Below the pieces are notes generated by a model. That model ran no database searches, was not told the origin of the DNA, and saw only the letters and a list, made by a program, of their open reading frames with translations. A program made the translations under genes and the position numbers. This document shows positions 1 through 10,500 of a stretch of DNA of 52,247 nt, one piece after another (the stretch's first letter is position 1; every line of letters starts with the position of its first letter). Source of the stretch: a virus; the IMG/VR virus record IMGVR_UViG_3300033463_000196, positions 1-52,247 of that record. One strand, given 5' to 3'.

Positions 1-556
1 TCCAAAGGTATTTCTTTGTTGCCGTAACGCTCTGAACGCTCGTAGTCCATCCCGACGTAGAGCGCGTAACGCCTGACGATGCAGACGTAGCAAGGTAGTA
101 TTCAGTTATAGACGAAATGCCTACGCCTTTGTCGCCGTATGTACCTATTATTACGGGTGTCGTAGTAGTCGTAGTGCCATCGGTATAGGTCACTACTTCA
201 TAGTTCCAAAGATACTTGTTAGTAGCCGTAACACTTTGAACGGCCTTAGTCCATCCCTGCGTAGCCGTTGTTACGCCTGACGATGCCGACGTAGCAAGGT
301 AATATTCTTCAATCTTGGAAATACCCTTACCGCCTGAAAGACAAACCGGGTTACTATAACCGTCTGTGCCGTCGGTATAGATAAACCTTACCCGCTGCCA
401 AATGTAATGCCCGTTTTGCCATGCCGGGGCGTTTGTAGTCCATCCCGACGTAGGGGCTACGGAATTACTCGTACTATCTGCGTACTCCACATCGGTACGG
501 GAAATTCCCGTACCTTTGCGGATAAACTTAACTACTCGTGTTACTGCTACTCCCAT
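1..556 (-). CDS. Tail fibre protein, N-terminal segment (continues across the window junction)
   Basis: ATG at 556, 16 nt after the stop of the upstream gene. Translates MGVAVTRVVKFIRKG..., then ~70-aa repeats (EYYLATSASSGVT..GWT..VQSVTATxKYLWNYExVTYTDG). Open to nt 1 and in phase with ORF 49738-52247 once the 57-nt overlap is removed (about 1002 aa in total). Confidence 0.75.
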   Translation of the reverse strand, partial: MGVAVTRVVKFIRKGTGISRTDVEYADSTSNSVAPTSGWTTNAPAWQNGHYIWQRVRFIYTDGTDGYSNPVCLSGGKGISKIEEYYLATSASSGVTTATQGWTKAVQSVTATNKYLWNYEVVTYTDGTTTTTTPVIIGTYGDKGVGISSITEYYLATSASSGVTRSTSGWTTSVQSVTATKKYLW

Positions 557-572
557 AGTGCTAAACGATTTT

Positions 573-1721
573 TTAACTTGCTGCCTGAATGGTTATTGAA
601 ATGTCACCGCCTCCGGCTTGGCATTGCTCACGGGTAACGGTGTACGATGCCATCGCGTTAGTTGAAAGTTCCATCGGGTCGCTACCGTTTACGGCGGCGT
701 TACCGTCTCTGTACTTATTCAACACAACGCCCGCCGCGTCTCTCACTAAGAAATAGTAGAGGGGGTTAGGCGAAACGGCTGTGCCGCCTCTCGTAACCAA
801 TACCGGCGTATAAGTCACATGGTCGCGGCTGCTGCTCGTATCTTCGTCTATCGTTTCATCTTCGGGGCTGGGGTGCGGGTCTATGTCGTAGGGGTCTGAC
901 TTATCGACAACGCCCTGCACGTCCATACCGTAGAATGAGCCGTTACGTTTAACGGTTAGCCTGAACTCGCCGTAGGTGTCTATCATGCTTTCCGTTACGG
1001 TAAGGGTTGCGGAATTACCAAAGCCCTCGTTATCCGAACTGCCTAACAACTTCCAACCGTCCACGTTTCCGGCTGCTGACGGGTCGAACTGCTCCCACTT
1101 GTAGGTAAGGCCAACGGATAGTGCGCCCTCGTTGCTGTAGGCTTTAGCCTGCAAAATACAACTGTCGCCCTTGCTGCTAATAACGAAACTCTTATTATCG
1201 CCCGCAACGATAGTAACCTTACCGGCAAACTGCGCCTTTTGCTGAATGGGTATAGTGTAGTCGGCTGAAATGCTATCCTCCTGTGTACCGTAGTAGATAG
1301 TGGCTACCATCTTGATAGTAACGGGTAGGTAACTTGCAAGGGCCGCGATATTCTTCAATATCTGCAAACCGGGGTACAGATTCGTACTACCGTCGGCGGC
1401 GTACTTCTTAAAGTAACTGCCCGCTGCCGTGCCGTCACCAAACAGGCCGGTACTATAGCCGCTTGCGTTAAACGTAATCTCTGTGCCGCCGAAATAGTAG
1501 CGCATTGAGGCTATAGTTGCTATGCCCTCGGCTACGCGGCTCGACGTGCAAATGAAATTCAACTTAGGTTGCATCGTGGCAAAGTTGGGGAAAACGGTTT
1601 GGTCTGCCCCTGTGCCATCCCAATACTGGAACAAATCGCCGTCCGGGCACATGATAGTAGCCATGTACGTACCGGCTTTGCTTATGAACTTAATAGTTCT
1701 GGTTGTTGACGCGCTACTCAT
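573..1721 (-). CDS. Tail-tip/fibre-module structural protein, function unknown
   Basis: 382-aa ORF packed between tail genes and the fibre gene. No catalytic motif seen. Assignment is by position only. Confidence 0.45.
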   Translation of the reverse strand: MSSASTTRTIKFISKAGTYMATIMCPDGDLFQYWDGTGADQTVFPNFATMQPKLNFICTSSRVAEGIATIASMRYYFGGTEITFNASGYSTGLFGDGTAAGSYFKKYAADGSTNLYPGLQILKNIAALASYLPVTIKMVATIYYGTQEDSISADYTIPIQQKAQFAGKVTIVAGDNKSFVISSKGDSCILQAKAYSNEGALSVGLTYKWEQFDPSAAGNVDGWKLLGSSDNEGFGNSATLTVTESMIDTYGEFRLTVKRNGSFYGMDVQGVVDKSDPYDIDPHPSPEDETIDEDTSSSRDHVTYTPVLVTRGGTAVSPNPLYYFLVRDAAGVVLNKYRDGNAAVNGSDPMELSTNAMASYTVTREQCQAGGGDISITIQAAS

Positions 1722-1724
1722 AGT

Positions 1725-2351
1725 TTATTCCTCCTCATTGTTAGGGTTTAACACATCTTCTACGTCGCCAACGTCGCCGCTGTCGATGCTCTCCGTTTCC
1801 TCGTTAGATTCCTCGGTTTCCTCTCCGGGGGTCTCGGTCTCGCCGTTGGTAGGCGTTTCCGTTTCACCCTCTCCGGGTTGGTCGCCGTTGGCCGGTGTCT
1901 CGGTCTCGCCATTGGTAGGCGTTTCCGTTTCCTCGGCGGGTGTCTCTGCGGGCGTTTCGGTTTCGCCTGTACCCTCGCCTGGTTCCTCTGCGGGTGTCTC
2001 GCTCTCGCCTGTACCCTCGCCGCCTGTCGGGGTCTCTGTCTCACCGTTGCCGTCGCCTGATTCCCCGGCGGGTGTTTCGGTTTCGGCCTCCGGCTCTTCT
2101 ATGATAAATTCCGGGTCGGTGGCTACAGGTAGCGGGCGCGTAGATATACCGTACTGCTCTTCGCGGGCTTCGTGGGGCAAAAGCGCAATAGCACCGATAC
2201 GCTGTAGGGTGTCGGCCAAACGCGGTAGCGGGCCAAAGGCCATCATGTCTTGCAACCAAAGAATATAGTTGCCATCCTTTAACTTGTTTCTGTCGTTTTC
2301 CAAATGCAGATAACTAACTACTTTTGGATTTGCTTTAATGTAACGTGCCAT
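1725..2351 (-). CDS. Hypothetical tail-module protein with acidic E/T/P/G low-complexity C-terminal half
   Basis: 208 aa. The C-terminal ~115 aa are built of ETETP(T/A)NG-like units. Tightly packed with flanking tail genes. Confidence 0.5.
   Translation of the reverse strand: MARYIKANPKVVSYLHLENDRNKLKDGNYILWLQDMMAFGPLPRLADTLQRIGAIALLPHEAREEQYGISTRPLPVATDPEFIIEEPEAETETPAGESGDGNGETETPTGGEGTGESETPAEEPGEGTGETETPAETPAEETETPTNGETETPANGDQPGEGETETPTNGETETPGEETEESNEETESIDSGDVGDVEDVLNPNNEEE
1795..2095. repeat. Imperfect tandem repeat region encoding the ETETP low-complexity tract
   Basis: The 35-mer gtctcggtctcgcc(g/a)ttggtaggcgtttccgtttc occurs at 1831-1865 and 1897-1931 (34/35 identical, 66-nt period), flanked by degenerate copies. 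Confidence 0.8.
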
Positions 2352-2368
2352 AATCGAAAGTTTTAATG

Positions 2369-3556
2369 TTATTTGAATAATAATATTTTTCCGTCGCTGT
2401 CGGTAAATACCTTGCCGTCGCTATCTTCCATAGCGCACGTAGGGCCGCAATCCTTAACGTCTAAGCCAAATACTGCGCCGTACTGCTGGCTCATAGCCTT
2501 GGTAGGCAAAACAGGGCTTACGCCGTGTCCTACCTGCGTGTACGATAAGCTGCCCGATGCCTTGTTGGTAGCAACGTACCAAAGCGGCAATAGTTCCCTT
2601 TCGGGGTTGTCAATGGGGCCGTTTACATCCCATATTGAGGCGTTGGGCGCAATCGAAACTATTTCGGGTATATTGGTAGGTACGCCCGCAATATCAAACT
2701 CAAATTTCGGGATTCTACGGATAAACGAAATAACCTTTGAGGGGCTACCGTCTGTCAGGGTAACGCTTGCCGGGTTGCCGTAAACGTCATATTTGGCCCT
2801 GCAACGTAGGTACAACTCGCTACCCATCTTACTACGGTCTACGGTAACGCTCAAACCGTCGTTTGCTACGGTAACGTCGTAATCCAAAGTTTCGTCCGTG
2901 CCTACCTGTGACCATGAGCCATCACTACGGTACTTTTCCCATACAAAGATACGACGCGCTGCCAATACCTCGTTACCGCCTAATTTCAGGCTCGCTTTCA
3001 CTACCTGCGTATCTTCATGCACAAGCGGGTTATACAGGGTTTGGTCGGCTGCATCTAAGAACAATTCAGGAAAACCAACCGTCGCGTTATCGCAATAGAC
3101 GGGATAGGTTTTTTGTATTGTGTGTATCTGATTAGTACGGGGGTCTACGTACTGCGCGTTAAACTCCAACGTAAGCACGGTGTTTACGGTGGCGTTGCGC
3201 TTTACCTTGATACGCCCGGCGTTGCTGCCGCTCGTAGTCATTTCGTAGTTTTCGTTAGCGGCTGCAATCAGGGTGCGCGTACCGTTGTCAATCTCGTACC
3301 ATGCTATATTAGTCAAACTTTGGTTTACGCGCCCGGCCTGTAGCACTTCGTCTTTGTCTATTACGCTGACTTCGGGCTGGATAATAAGCGGCGTAAGCGT
3401 GAAATCGGGCGTGTACTCTCCCGTTGCCGCGTCGTAGTTCTGCCTGTTGGGTATGCTTCCCGACGTAGTAAAACTTATGTCTACTTGCAGCGGTCGAAAA
3501 TTGAAATCAAATCTTTTAATCTTCATTGCCTTTGTCGTTTTATTGTTAATACTCAA
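2369..3556 (-). CDS. Tail-tip/baseplate-region structural protein, function unknown
   Basis: 395-aa ORF whose start overlaps the upstream ORF by 11 nt. Position downstream of the tape measure block. Confidence 0.45.
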   Translation of the reverse strand: MSINNKTTKAMKIKRFDFNFRPLQVDISFTTSGSIPNRQNYDAATGEYTPDFTLTPLIIQPEVSVIDKDEVLQAGRVNQSLTNIAWYEIDNGTRTLIAAANENYEMTTSGSNAGRIKVKRNATVNTVLTLEFNAQYVDPRTNQIHTIQKTYPVYCDNATVGFPELFLDAADQTLYNPLVHEDTQVVKASLKLGGNEVLAARRIFVWEKYRSDGSWSQVGTDETLDYDVTVANDGLSVTVDRSKMGSELYLRCRAKYDVYGNPASVTLTDGSPSKVISFIRRIPKFEFDIAGVPTNIPEIVSIAPNASIWDVNGPIDNPERELLPLWYVATNKASGSLSYTQVGHGVSPVLPTKAMSQQYGAVFGLDVKDCGPTCAMEDSDGKVFTDSDGKILLFK

Positions 3557-5279
3557 ATACTGCTCTGTCCTGCGCGGCGGCGTTGTTCATACCGTCGCGT
3601 AGTGTCACGGTAGCCGTAAAGCGTACCACTTTAGGCACGTAGCCGTTAAAATCTATGTCCTCGGCTGTCAGGTGTATAGACTTACCCGCGTTGCCTCTGC
3701 GTATAGCCCATGCGTTATCGCTTGCCACTCGCTCTACGCCGTTAGCATCTTCACTATAGCGCGTCCAAACTACATCTTGGGCCAATATGTCGGCGGTAAC
3801 GTCCTGATTATAGATTTTAGCGATAATCTGTAAAGTCAGGTCGAAACGGTCGGGGTCGAAAAGCACGTCTGTATCGTTGAACTCCACCGTAAAGCCGGGG
3901 TTGCCCTCCAACATAGCCCAATGGGTATTATTCCAACGCGGGGCCGTCGTAGTCAGGTTGCGACAACACCGCCACTTGCAACCGCAATACCATACGTCGG
4001 AAATCTCGTAAACGCCTGTGTCGGGGTTTAGGGCCTCAAAGTAATACAGGCCGTCGGGTTGCCATTCTCCCCGGTCTACGTACTCGCAAATAGGCTTCAT
4101 AGTCCATTTGTTGAGGCGTATAATATCCATCGTAACTATGCCGGGGATATACATATAGTCCAAACCCTCACGGATAGGTAACAGGTTGCCGTCATCATCC
4201 GTTAAGGCCCTGACGAAATCGGGTAGGCTTCCAAAGGTTGCGCCGTAGTTGGTAGCGTCAATAATAGGCTTAGTAACGCCCGTTAGTTTGACAATACGGC
4301 CCTCTGTACTCGATAGGTAGATGCAGCTTTGGCGCGTGGTGTCTGTCTGATTACCCCAACGGGCAATCTTCATCAACTCGCACGGCGGGAAATTATGCCC
4401 GGCGGGTGTATCTTCGTCGGGGTACAACGTAACTTCGATAGTGTTGTTTGCGGGGTTTACGCTATTTACCCGCATCCAACTTGTGTACATAGCGGCGTTA
4501 GTTCCGGGGCTTGTATAGCCTAAAGCCGTTGCGCCTAAGTTGTTAATGATACCCTTTAAGACGTTGTTCTGTGCCTGTGCGGTAAAATAGCCCTCCCACT
4601 TGCTATGCAGTTTCAGGCGGTAGCAATTATCGCCTATGTCGGTAACGCTTTCTATGGTGTCGGCCTCTGTAAGTAGTTGGTCGCCCTCGATAGCCGATAG
4701 GCGGTTAATAATCAATTCTACGGCCTCAAAATATGTGCGTACCCTGACGCTTTCAAACTCGGCGTTACCTAAGTTGTCAATACCTGCACCACTACCGGCG
4801 TAGAGCGATTTAACGAAAGTACCAAACTGCGCCTCACCTCCGAAATGAGCGATACCCAAAACGTGTATAGCCTGTTGGAAAGTGATATTACCGGCTGCAA
4901 CGTCGTTATAGAGGCGGCTAAGAAACTGATTACGTACCGGGCTGTTAGGGTCTAAGTCGTAAGCCATATCAGCGTAACCGGCTTTGACCTTTTCCGTTAC
5001 TTTCTGATAAGCCGTAACCTCTTCGCCTGTTTCGGGGTCTGTGGTTATTACCTCTTTAAGATAAGTCAGGTACTCGTAACCTTGGCTGTCCGTTGTAATC
5101 TGGTCTAACGCTGCTTTGTTGGCGTGGGTGTGGCCGTCGCCGGGTGTAACGCTACTGCCTCCCGTGTCGGCGTTCAATACTACGACGCTATTTGCGCTAC
5201 CAATACCCTGCTCACGTAGTCTTTTACTGCGTGGGCGCGGTGTCCTGTTGGTAACTACTGACGTATAATGTTTATCCAT
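3546..5279 (-). CDS. Tail-tip protein (Tal-like position), function unknown
   Basis: 577-aa ORF, second gene after the tape measure. Synteny only. Confidence 0.45.
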   Translation of the reverse strand: MDKHYTSVVTNRTPRPRSKRLREQGIGSANSVVVLNADTGGSSVTPGDGHTHANKAALDQITTDSQGYEYLTYLKEVITTDPETGEEVTAYQKVTEKVKAGYADMAYDLDPNSPVRNQFLSRLYNDVAAGNITFQQAIHVLGIAHFGGEAQFGTFVKSLYAGSGAGIDNLGNAEFESVRVRTYFEAVELIINRLSAIEGDQLLTEADTIESVTDIGDNCYRLKLHSKWEGYFTAQAQNNVLKGIINNLGATALGYTSPGTNAAMYTSWMRVNSVNPANNTIEVTLYPDEDTPAGHNFPPCELMKIARWGNQTDTTRQSCIYLSSTEGRIVKLTGVTKPIIDATNYGATFGSLPDFVRALTDDDGNLLPIREGLDYMYIPGIVTMDIIRLNKWTMKPICEYVDRGEWQPDGLYYFEALNPDTGVYEISDVWYCGCKWRCCRNLTTTAPRWNNTHWAMLEGNPGFTVEFNDTDVLFDPDRFDLTLQIIAKIYNQDVTADILAQDVVWTRYSEDANGVERVASDNAWAIRRGNAGKSIHLTAEDIDFNGYVPKVVRFTATVTLRDGMNNAAAQDRAVFEY

Positions 5280-5283
5280 ACCC

Positions 5284-7545
5284 TTAGTTATTAACCTCTT
5301 CTATTGCGTCGTATTCGTCGGCGTTGAACTCTGTATAAAGCGCGTCGGCGGTGTCCATAATTACGTTTTGTTGCTCGCTACTCATCATAAAGACTTTGCC
5401 CGCCTGGTTCCTTTCGGTGTAAACGCAAAGGTCGCCGGGGTCTAATACGGCTTCGCCTGATAGCGTGGTTTTACGGGCTGCGAACTGGCTGTAGAGCGTA
5501 CCGATAAGCAACTTTTCGGGGTGGTCTGTAACGCCCGCCCTTTTGAGTTTTTGGATTTGCAGACTATCGGATGCCCGGCAATAGATACCCTTTGCCGTCG
5601 GGCAAGTCGTGTTTGCCGTACCGCACGTAGTATCTATGCTTATTTCCTCTTTGGCGTGTTTGTTTATATAGCCTGAATACTCTACATCGTCTAACTCGGC
5701 TGCATCGAATATCAGGTTATTTTTCACCAACTCCACTTTAGGGGCCTTGTATAACAGCCATCGGACTTGGTTATAGCGGCCATCGTCTACCCAATAACGC
5801 GGGCTATTCCACGGCGTTTGCACTAAGCCGAAACTACCGGCTATTACTTCGTCCATATCAAAGCATTGCACCCCGGCGTAAACGGTCACTTCCAAATAAC
5901 CGCCCTGCGTTGGGTAGGGCATATATTGGCCGTCGGCCATCTGCTTAAAACTATCGTAAATCATTACGTCTACGTTACCCCTGCCCGGTCTGCCTATACA
6001 ATGGCGGTTTTTCTTCCATCCCAATATACCGGCACTTTCCCAAAGGTCGCTGGGGTCGTAGTATTCCAAATAGGCACTACCAAAGCCGCCTGCACCTGAT
6101 ACCCAACTGCCTTTGCAATATGCCAAATGGCCTTTCGTACCTCCCTTGGCTATACTGCTATTGTCATAGTGACAAACGGCGTTACCGTTGCTGTCGTACA
6201 TATTGATAGCAACAGGCACAAAGGCGTAGCCGGTACGGGTTTTCATGCGGTCGTAGTTGCCGCCCTCGTTACCATCGTTACCCTCTGTAAACGGGTTGTA
6301 TCTTGCATCCAACAGCATTTCAAGCGTAAGGCGTACATAATACGACTTTTGGCCCTCTGACGTTAGCGTAGGTAAGAATACTTTGTGTGTCTGCATCACC
6401 TGCATACCGCTTTCTTGGGTAACGGTGTTAAGTATGCGTTTCGGCCATCCCGTATCTAACCCGCCGTGTCCTCCTGAATGAAACGCCCATGCTATCGCGG
6501 TACATTCTGACGGCCCGCCTACCAATGGCAATATATGGCAATATCTCGCGTTGGGATTCAGGTAGCGTAAGCCCTTACCCTGCGTACTGATAAAGATAGT
6601 AAAGTTAATTAGGTTGTAATCCCAATTACTGCCCTGCCGGTGGTCTTCGCTATAATCGGGATAATAAGAGTAATACGACGCTCCGGGGGCGGCTACCAAA
6701 TTAACCTGTTCTACGGAATAGTCGCCGCCGTATTCCAATTCACCGTTAAGCAACTCTGCCGACGAATAGGGCGAAAAGTTTACTTTCACGTTGTTTGCTA
6801 CCTTATCTACGCCCATCGTCTGGCTGTCACCATCCCACGTTATAGCCCTACGCGCTGCGCTGTGCAAACCGTTCAAATCGAATACGTAGACTTTGCCGTT
6901 ACGCTGTATCATCTTCAACGCCAACGGCTGCAAAATACCCTCTATCGTTTCTTTTAGCGTGCTTGGCTCTGCATCTTCATCAAAGAAATTTTCACTACGC
7001 ACGGCCAACGCTGCCGGGTTCGCCTTGGTGTTCGTACCCTCGAAATAGGTAGTGCAATAGGTGTCAGCATCTAAGTAGGCGTAGTTAATGGTGCTACGCT
7101 GCAAAGCATTAAGCAAAATGGATTGTAGCGTTTGCATACCCGATAAGTTGTACTTTAGTCTATCCAATATACCAAAGTCGCTAAACGTAAGCGTTACGAC
7201 GTACTTACGGGCTTTCTCGTAAGGTTCTTCGTAAAACTCCGGGTCTAACGCGCCACTCCAATAGAGGGCGTTGTTACGGTAAACGTCCATCCTAATACGG
7301 CCTACCTCAATAGTGTATAAATCTTCGTAGGTTCTATCGCCTGGGCTTTCTAACTTCAACGTGGCTTCGCTGCCACAAATCACCTCTTCTTTGTCGGCGT
7401 GTTTCCAATCAATTACTAACGCTTCGTCGGCCTCAAAGTCCAATACGCCCACGTTACCGCTGTAGCCCTCTTGCAGTATCTCAACGCGCCAAACCACGTT
7501 TGCGCGGCTAAGAAACTCGCCCATGTATCTTAATACCTTTGCCAT
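5284..7545 (-). CDS. Distal tail protein (Dit-like position), function unknown
   Basis: 753-aa ORF starting 2 nt after the tape measure stop. Synteny only. Confidence 0.45.
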   Translation of the reverse strand: MAKVLRYMGEFLSRANVVWRVEILQEGYSGNVGVLDFEADEALVIDWKHADKEEVICGSEATLKLESPGDRTYEDLYTIEVGRIRMDVYRNNALYWSGALDPEFYEEPYEKARKYVVTLTFSDFGILDRLKYNLSGMQTLQSILLNALQRSTINYAYLDADTYCTTYFEGTNTKANPAALAVRSENFFDEDAEPSTLKETIEGILQPLALKMIQRNGKVYVFDLNGLHSAARRAITWDGDSQTMGVDKVANNVKVNFSPYSSAELLNGELEYGGDYSVEQVNLVAAPGASYYSYYPDYSEDHRQGSNWDYNLINFTIFISTQGKGLRYLNPNARYCHILPLVGGPSECTAIAWAFHSGGHGGLDTGWPKRILNTVTQESGMQVMQTHKVFLPTLTSEGQKSYYVRLTLEMLLDARYNPFTEGNDGNEGGNYDRMKTRTGYAFVPVAINMYDSNGNAVCHYDNSSIAKGGTKGHLAYCKGSWVSGAGGFGSAYLEYYDPSDLWESAGILGWKKNRHCIGRPGRGNVDVMIYDSFKQMADGQYMPYPTQGGYLEVTVYAGVQCFDMDEVIAGSFGLVQTPWNSPRYWVDDGRYNQVRWLLYKAPKVELVKNNLIFDAAELDDVEYSGYINKHAKEEISIDTTCGTANTTCPTAKGIYCRASDSLQIQKLKRAGVTDHPEKLLIGTLYSQFAARKTTLSGEAVLDPGDLCVYTERNQAGKVFMMSSEQQNVIMDTADALYTEFNADEYDAIEEVNN

Positions 7546-7547
7546 AC

Positions 7548-10500
7548 TTAACTACGCTTTTTGTGGTTGTACTCTCTTTCGATAACTCCTACCAATTTCC
7601 GGCCCTCCAACTCAAAGCGGACTTTGCCGAAAATCTCACCTTGCGGCTCTACCATTTCGCGCAACTTATCTAACGGGGCCACTACTTCGGGGTTGTTGGT
7701 TGCCCCGGCGTACTCGCCAATAAGTGCCATCGTGGGGCCTGAAACAATACCGCCCTCTGCAAACGGCATTAACCCGATAGCCTGTACCATTGCAACGGCG
7801 GCGGCTGAAAAACCTGCACCGATACCAAAACCGGCAAACGGTATATAGGCGTGTGCGGCCATATACATAGCGGATGCAAGTTGTACGTAACTTGCGGTCA
7901 AAGCCTTATTTGCAATAATAGTCGGTATCGCTGCGGCGGCTGCAACCTCTTGCGCTGCGGCCTCAACGCCCTGTGTCGTAGTGGCCGTTACAATGGCTGC
8001 ACTCTCTGCGCCCTTGGCTATGGTGTGCGCTGTGGTGGCCGTCGTAAGCATATCTATAATACCTATTACGGTATTGATACCCTCGACTATCTGTATAAAG
8101 CCGTCCACGAAAGCCGTAACTTTCTGCCATGCGTTACCGTTGCCCTCTAAGGCGTTGCTTATGCTCTCGATACCGCTACCGATACCCTTAATACCATTCC
8201 AGCCGTCGCGTAGACTACCAAACGCGGAAATAGACTGCTTACGCCATTGCTCATAGACGGCAATCATACCCTCTATGTCTCGGCGCTGGCTGTCAGTAAC
8301 CGGGTTTTTGGTGTCGGCCAAAATCCTTTGCAGTTCCCGGATTTTCTTAGTAAGTTCATCAAAGCCGTAGCCCTTAATCCTTACTTTGTACTCACGACCT
8401 GAAAGCGCGTTTACCTCGGCTATCTCGCGTTGCATTTCGGGTAACTCGATACCCAACTGCAAAGACTTCTTTTTGGCTGTCAGTTCGTCGATAATGCGCT
8501 GTGTCTTTTGTATCTGGTCGGCATCTTCTTTTTGCTGACGTGCTGAATAGAACGAAATAGCCGCGTCTATGTCTTTGATGTTATTCGTAGTTGTCGGCAA
8601 ACTCATTGCCGCCAAAGCATCATCCCACTTTTCTTGCAACTCATTCAGGCGGTTAATACCGTTCTGTGCAAATTCCCGCTGTGCTTCGTCGCCTGACTTC
8701 AACAGGCGGTTATAGTATGCAAGTTTCTTGTTTAGTTGGTCGTAGGTTCGTATCTCTTCATCTTGCAACGCGGCTACGCTTTCATCTTCCAAAGCCTGTT
8801 TAGCGGCCTCTATGCGCTCTATTTCCGCGTCAATTTGTGCGATATTCTCCTTACTTGCCGTCCTGCGCTGATTACGTAGGGCCTGCAATTTCTTATCGTA
8901 ATCGTCTAAGGTGTTTAACTCTGTCGGCATCATTGCCGCGTCGGTCATATCCTTAAACGCCTTAACTGCATCCTCGGCGGCTTTCTTTGCCCGTGCAAGG
9001 GTCATAATGCGGTTAGTGTCGGTAATATCGCATTTCTCTAACTCCTGCTGATAATAAGCGACGTTATTAGTTAAGTCCTTATACGTCCGGGCGTTCTCAA
9101 TAAGCTGCTTATCTTCCTTGCCGCTCTTAGTCGGTTTGGTAGTCGTAGGATTAGGCCGGGTAGCACTACCTCTTACGCTAAAGTTAAGTTGGCTTGCCTC
9201 CTTAACCGCGTCCTGCATCTGCTCTTGTAAATGTGCAACAGCCGCCCGGTTATCCGCGATTTGTTGGTTTACCTTATCTAACTCACTCGTACCGGGTATC
9301 TCGAAATATTCTATGCTATTAACACCGCTATTCTGCAAAGCGTTCATAGCGTTACTGTTGCCGGTACGCTTAATTTGGCGTTGGCCTATTTCGCGTTCTG
9401 TACTATATAGTTTCTTCTTACCGCTTTCGTCGTAAATCAGGTTATGGGTTTCGGCCTCCTTTGCTGCAATCTGATTTGCAAGTGTACGGGTCTTAGCCTC
9501 CAAAACCATCTGTTTGCAATAGTCCTCGCTATTGGCTATCAGGGCTTCGTACCATGACGAAACGCTGGCAAAGTAGCCCATCGTATCGCCGTAGGTATCG
9601 TTAAGTTCGCCAACAAGTTTCTTTTCTTCCTTAGTAATGTCGGCCCCTGTAGCCTTTTTGTCTATCAGGTCTTTTAATTTCTTCTGATAGATATTTAGGG
9701 TAGATGCGGCGTTAGTATAAGCGTCGGCGGTTGCGCTTTCCAATTCACTTAACCGGCCCGCCTCTTCCTCGGCCAAACGTGCCTCCCGGTTAGCGGCTTT
9801 CATGCTATCGGTTGCATCGTCTGTTTTGCTTGCAAACAAAGAAACGATACCGGCTACCGCTGCGATAGCAAGGCCAACGCCTGTAACGGCCATAAGGCCC
9901 AAAATAGCGGCTCGCATTGCTATAGCCTGAACGGTGGCCAACTTCGCGCCAAACGTCCATGCGTACATAGCAACTTTGCCGTAATATAATTGTTTGGCCC
10001 AAAGGGCTTGCACGGCGGCGGCTACCTTACCGGCTGCGGACTGCGCCACCGTTACTACGGTCATACTCTTAATAGCACCTGTAGCCGCTACGACGGCTAC
10101 GTAGATACCTTTAATACCCTGCACCGTAGTACCAATGGCCATCAAAGCCATACCCATTTCACCGATAGCGACAATAGTAGGCTCTACGCTTCTAAACAAC
10201 GCGCCTACCTGCTCTTTTATATCGCCTATAGCGTTGGCGGCTTGCTTGGCCTTACCCGCGTCTGTCTTGGCTAACTCTTCATTCATGCCGCCTACGGCAC
10301 TACTTACTACCTCTGCTAAGACGGCGGCGCGTTCCGATTCCGTACCAAACTTTAGTATTTGCTCCTGGGCTTCGTCGAATTTGTAACCGTAGCGGGAAAG
10401 TGCGCCTACCTGTCCGTCCATCACCTTACCCAACATGGTAGCGATTTGCGCGGCTGCTTCGCTCGTAGCGTTCAAACCGTACTGCTGCGCTAACATATCG

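Noticed and set aside
1-57. 57-nt terminal identity as physical direct terminal repeats of the virion DNA
   Set aside because: The overlap lies inside a coding repeat of the fibre gene, keeps the ORF in frame, and has a typical assembler overlap size. This favours circular or circularly permuted closure. The terminase type could not be determined from sequence alone.
407-637. 76-aa plus-strand ORF
   Set aside because: It is antisense to the fibre gene start and to the 3' end of the upstream gene, with no supporting signals.
1522-2268. 248-aa plus-strand ORF rich in SVSP repeats, plus other ORFs overlapping 1725-2351
   Set aside because: These are shadow frames of the ETETP tandem-repeat region and of the upstream structural gene. 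The minus-strand genes are tightly packed and coherent.
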